A stretch of DNA of 64,000 bases. It comes from Candidatus Omnitrophota bacterium (GTDB lineage Bacteria > Omnitrophota > Gorgyraeia > Zapsychrales > Fredricksoniimonadaceae). A model generated the notes under the pieces. The model was not told where the DNA came from and ran no database searches. It saw nothing but the letters and a program-made list of their open reading frames with translations. Of this stretch, positions 61,848 to 64,000 are shown piece after piece. Location: NCBI GenBank assembly GCA_037131245.1, contig JBAXRK010000009.1, positions 12,388-76,387 of the forward strand, read 5' to 3'. The translations under genes were made by a program, and so were the position numbers. Within the stretch, counting starts at the first letter, position 1. Each line of letters opens with the position of its first letter.

Positions 61848-62498
61848 GTGGGACAAAAAGTTTCTCCTATAGCACTCAGGATCGGTATTAACAAGAACTG
61901 GAGCAGCCTCTGGTTCGCGGATCCGAAGGATTACGCGAATAATATCATTGAGGATCAGAAGATCCGCACTTATATTAAAAAGAAGTTCATCCAGGGCGCC
62001 GTATCGCTGGTCGAGATCGAGCGTTTGGCAGAGCAGATCAAGATCCGTATTTCCTCAGCCCGTCCCGGTGTTATCATCGGCCGTCGCGGAGCGGACATTG
62101 ACCGGTTGCGCGCTGATCTCGCCAAGATAACGCCCAAAGAGATCACGGTTGATATTAAAGAGATCAAGAATCCGGCGGTTGACGCTACATTGGTCGCCCA
62201 GAGCGTGGCTTTCCAGATGGAAAAACGCGTCGGGTTCCGTCGTGCGATGAAGCGCGCGGTTGAGCAGACCATTCAGGCCGGCGGTAAAGGGATCAAGATC
62301 ATTGTTTCCGGACGTTTGGATGGCGCCGAGATCGCCCGTCGCGAGAAATATCATGTTGGGAAGATCCCGCTGCAGACATTCCGCGCGGATATCGATTATG
62401 GTTTTGCCGAGGCGAATACCACTTTCGGGTGCATCGGCGTCAAGGTTTGGATCTACAAGGGCGATACTATTCGCGACGTGAAGAAAGTTGAAGCGTAG
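61848..62498 (+). CDS. rpsC: 30S ribosomal protein S3
   Basis: It starts with GTG (MGQKVSPIALRIG) and has a KH domain and GRLDGAEIAR. Confidence 0.97.
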   Translation: MGQKVSPIALRIGINKNWSSLWFADPKDYANNIIEDQKIRTYIKKKFIQGAVSLVEIERLAEQIKIRISSARPGVIIGRRGADIDRLRADLAKITPKEITVDIKEIKNPAVDATLVAQSVAFQMEKRVGFRRAMKRAVEQTIQAGGKGIKIIVSGRLDGAEIARREKYHVGKIPLQTFRADIDYGFAEANTTFGCIGVKVWIYKGDTIRDVKKVEA

Positions 62499-62528
62499 GA
62501 ATATTAAAGAAGTTTTAGGAGCGGTTTT

Positions 62529-62948
62529 ATGGCGATCATGCCAAAAAGAGTTAAGTATCGCAAGGCGCAGAAGGGTAAATGCCGCGGTGTTTCCACCCGT
62601 GGTGACCGGTTGAGTTTCGGTGAGTATGGCCTTAAGTCCCTGGAAAACGGGCAGGTTCGTGCCAATCATATCGAAGCCTGCCGTGTGGCCATGGTGCGTA
62701 AACTTCGCGGTGCCGGTAAAGTCTGGATCAATATTTTCCCGCACAAGCCTGTTACCAAGAAGCCGGCTGAAACCCGCATGGGTAAGGGAAAAGGTGAGCT
62801 CGATCATTGGGTCGCGGTCATTAAGCGTGGGCGTATTCTTTTCGAGATCAGCGGCGTACCTGAAGATTTCGCCAAGAATCTGCTTCGTTTGATCGCGTTC
62901 AAGCTTCCGGTGAGGACTAAATTCGTCAGCAGACAGGTGGCACAGTAA
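62529..62948 (+). CDS. rplP: 50S ribosomal protein L16
   Basis: AGGAG lies 7 nt upstream. It carries [13 protein letters not shown]. Confidence 0.96.
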   Translation: MAIMPKRVKYRKAQKGKCRGVSTRGDRLSFGEYGLKSLENGQVRANHIEACRVAMVRKLRGAGKVWINIFPHKPVTKKPAETRMGKGKGELDHWVAVIKRGRILFEISGVPEDFAKNLLRLIAFKLPVRTKFVSRQVAQ

Positions 62949-62953
62949 ATCCT

Positions 62954-63160
62954 ATGGAACTTAAAGAATTGAAGAACCTTAATATCGGCGAGTTAACAGC
63001 GCGCGAGCAGTTCCTGAAGAAGGAGCTTTTTGACATGCGCCAGCTGAGCCGCCTCGGCCAGGTTGAGAAACCGGCCCGTTTCAGTGTGCTTAAAACAGAG
63101 ATCGCGCAGATCCTCACGATCATTAACGAAAGAAAGAAGAGCAATGGAAAAAAGAATTAA
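62954..63160 (+). CDS. rpmC: 50S ribosomal protein L29
   Basis: It carries LKELKNLNIGELTAREQFLKKELFDMR. Confidence 0.95.
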   Translation: MELKELKNLNIGELTAREQFLKKELFDMRQLSRLGQVEKPARFSVLKTEIAQILTIINERKKSNGKKN

Positions 63161-63425
63161 CAAACGCAAGACCCTGATCGGGACGGTTCTGAGCGATAAG
63201 ATGGAAAAAACGCGCGTGGTCCAGGTTTCATCGACACGCCCGCATCCCAAATATGCCAAGCAAGTCAAATTTCACGCCAAGTACAAGGCGCACGACGAGA
63301 AGAACGAGTCGAGGTCTGGCGATGTGGTGGAGATGATGGAAACCCGCCGCCTGTCCAAGGACAAGCGCTGGACCATTACCTCGATCGTGAAAAAGAATCA
63401 GGATAAAGGAGCGGTGGCGGTATGA
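63144..63425 (+). CDS. rpsQ: 30S ribosomal protein S17
   Basis: I prefer the ATG at 63144 (MEKRINKRKTLIGTVLSDKMEKT), which overlaps the rpmC end by 17 nt. Confidence 0.95.
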   Translation: MEKRINKRKTLIGTVLSDKMEKTRVVQVSSTRPHPKYAKQVKFHAKYKAHDEKNESRSGDVVEMMETRRLSKDKRWTITSIVKKNQDKGAVAV

Positions 63426-63790
63426 TCCAGTTAAAAAGCATCCTCCAGGTCGCTGACAATACCGGCGCGCGTAAGGCGTCGGTGATCGGCGTCCTTAACG
63501 CTAAAGGGAAAATGATCGGCAGGCTTGGCGATATCGTCAGGGTCAATATTAAAGAGTCGACCCCTGATGCTGCCGTCAAAAAGGGGCAGAAGGCCAAGGG
63601 CGTTGTGGTGCGTACAAAAGCCCGTATTCGCCGTGCTGACGGCACGTATGTCCGTTTCGATAATAATGCCGTGGTTCTCATCGACGACGTTGGTAACCCC
63701 AGAGGGACCCGCGTGTTCGGTCCCGTGGCCCGCGAGTTGCGGAATATGGAGTATATGAAAATTATTTCTTTAGCCCCCGAGGTTGTCTAA
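63422..63790 (+). CDS. rplN: 50S ribosomal protein L14
   Basis: It begins MIQLKSILQVADNTGARK. Confidence 0.97.
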   Translation: MIQLKSILQVADNTGARKASVIGVLNAKGKMIGRLGDIVRVNIKESTPDAAVKKGQKAKGVVVRTKARIRRADGTYVRFDNNAVVLIDDVGNPRGTRVFGPVARELRNMEYMKIISLAPEVV

Positions 63791-64000
63791 TGTTACGCAT
63801 TAAACGTGATGATAAGGTGGTGGTCATCTCCGGCAAGGATAAAGGTAAGACCGGTAAGGTTATCAAGGTATTCCCTGTCGAGAAGAAAGTCGTTGTCGAG
63901 CATATTAACTTGATCAAGAAGGCCGTTAAAAAGAGCGACCAGTATCCCCAGGGCGGGTTCATTGACCTGGAAAAGCCGCTGCACATATCCAAGGTCATGC
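63790..64000 (+). CDS. rplX: 50S ribosomal protein L24, 3'-truncated by window end
   Basis: This ORF is not in the track because no stop lies within the window. My translation is MLRIKRDDKVVVISGKDKGKTGKVIKVFPVEKKVVVEHINLIKK..., with the L24 KOW motif. Its ATG shares one nt with the rplN stop. Confidence 0.93.
   Translation, partial: MLRIKRDDKVVVISGKDKGKTGKVIKVFPVEKKVVVEHINLIKKAVKKSDQYPQGGFIDLEKPLHISKVM

Overview
Bacterial chromosomal segment from a diderm organism, shown by a secretin, lipoproteins and SPOR and LpoB-like factors. Tight gene packing suggests a streamlined, probably uncultivated lineage. My guess is PVC/Omnitrophota-like, which cannot be verified here. I call about 75 protein genes and 2 tRNAs, and every gene except one is on the + strand. 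Layout: (i) 1-3.2 kb holds the 3' part of a large repeat-containing envelope protein of an uncharacterised family, cut by the window edge. (ii) 3.3-9.6 kb holds lipoproteins and cell-envelope factors (PG-binding lipoprotein, SPOR, LpoB-like, glycine-zipper), a PfkB kinase and a DEDDh exonuclease. (iii) 9.6-13.5 kb holds two CheY-like receivers flanking a CheX-like protein, then a tightly coupled dsbA - mauE/doxX - Memo::AMMECR1 fusion. (iv) 13.5-28.1 kb holds a SEDS (RodA/FtsW) gene and a type IV pilus locus: MshEN-only protein, PilB, PilB, MshEN-only protein, PilC, secreted coiled-coil protein, pilin, a convergent polytopic membrane protein, and PilMNOPQ. (v) 28.2-43.1 kb is housekeeping: RNase G, L21, Obg, ProB/ProA, NadD, PGM/PMM, PlsC, nitroreductase, APC permease, MetY, S1, TyrRS. 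(vi) 43.2-64 kb is a fused ribosomal super-operon: tRNA-Thr, rpmG, tRNA-Trp, secE, nusG, rplKAJL, rpoBC, rpsLG, fusA, tuf, then S10/spc genes up to rplX, which is cut by the window end. I saw no CRISPR array, transposase, integrase, rRNA, prophage or recognisable defence island. The best candidates for something undescribed are: (a) the pilus motor module, where two stand-alone MshEN-type domains bracket two PilB ATPases; (b) the dsbA-mauE-Memo::AMMECR1 operon with a possible export signal; (c) the receiver/CheX-like/receiver triad; (d) the truncated giant repeat protein. All functional readings are based on motifs read by eye. No database search or computation was run.
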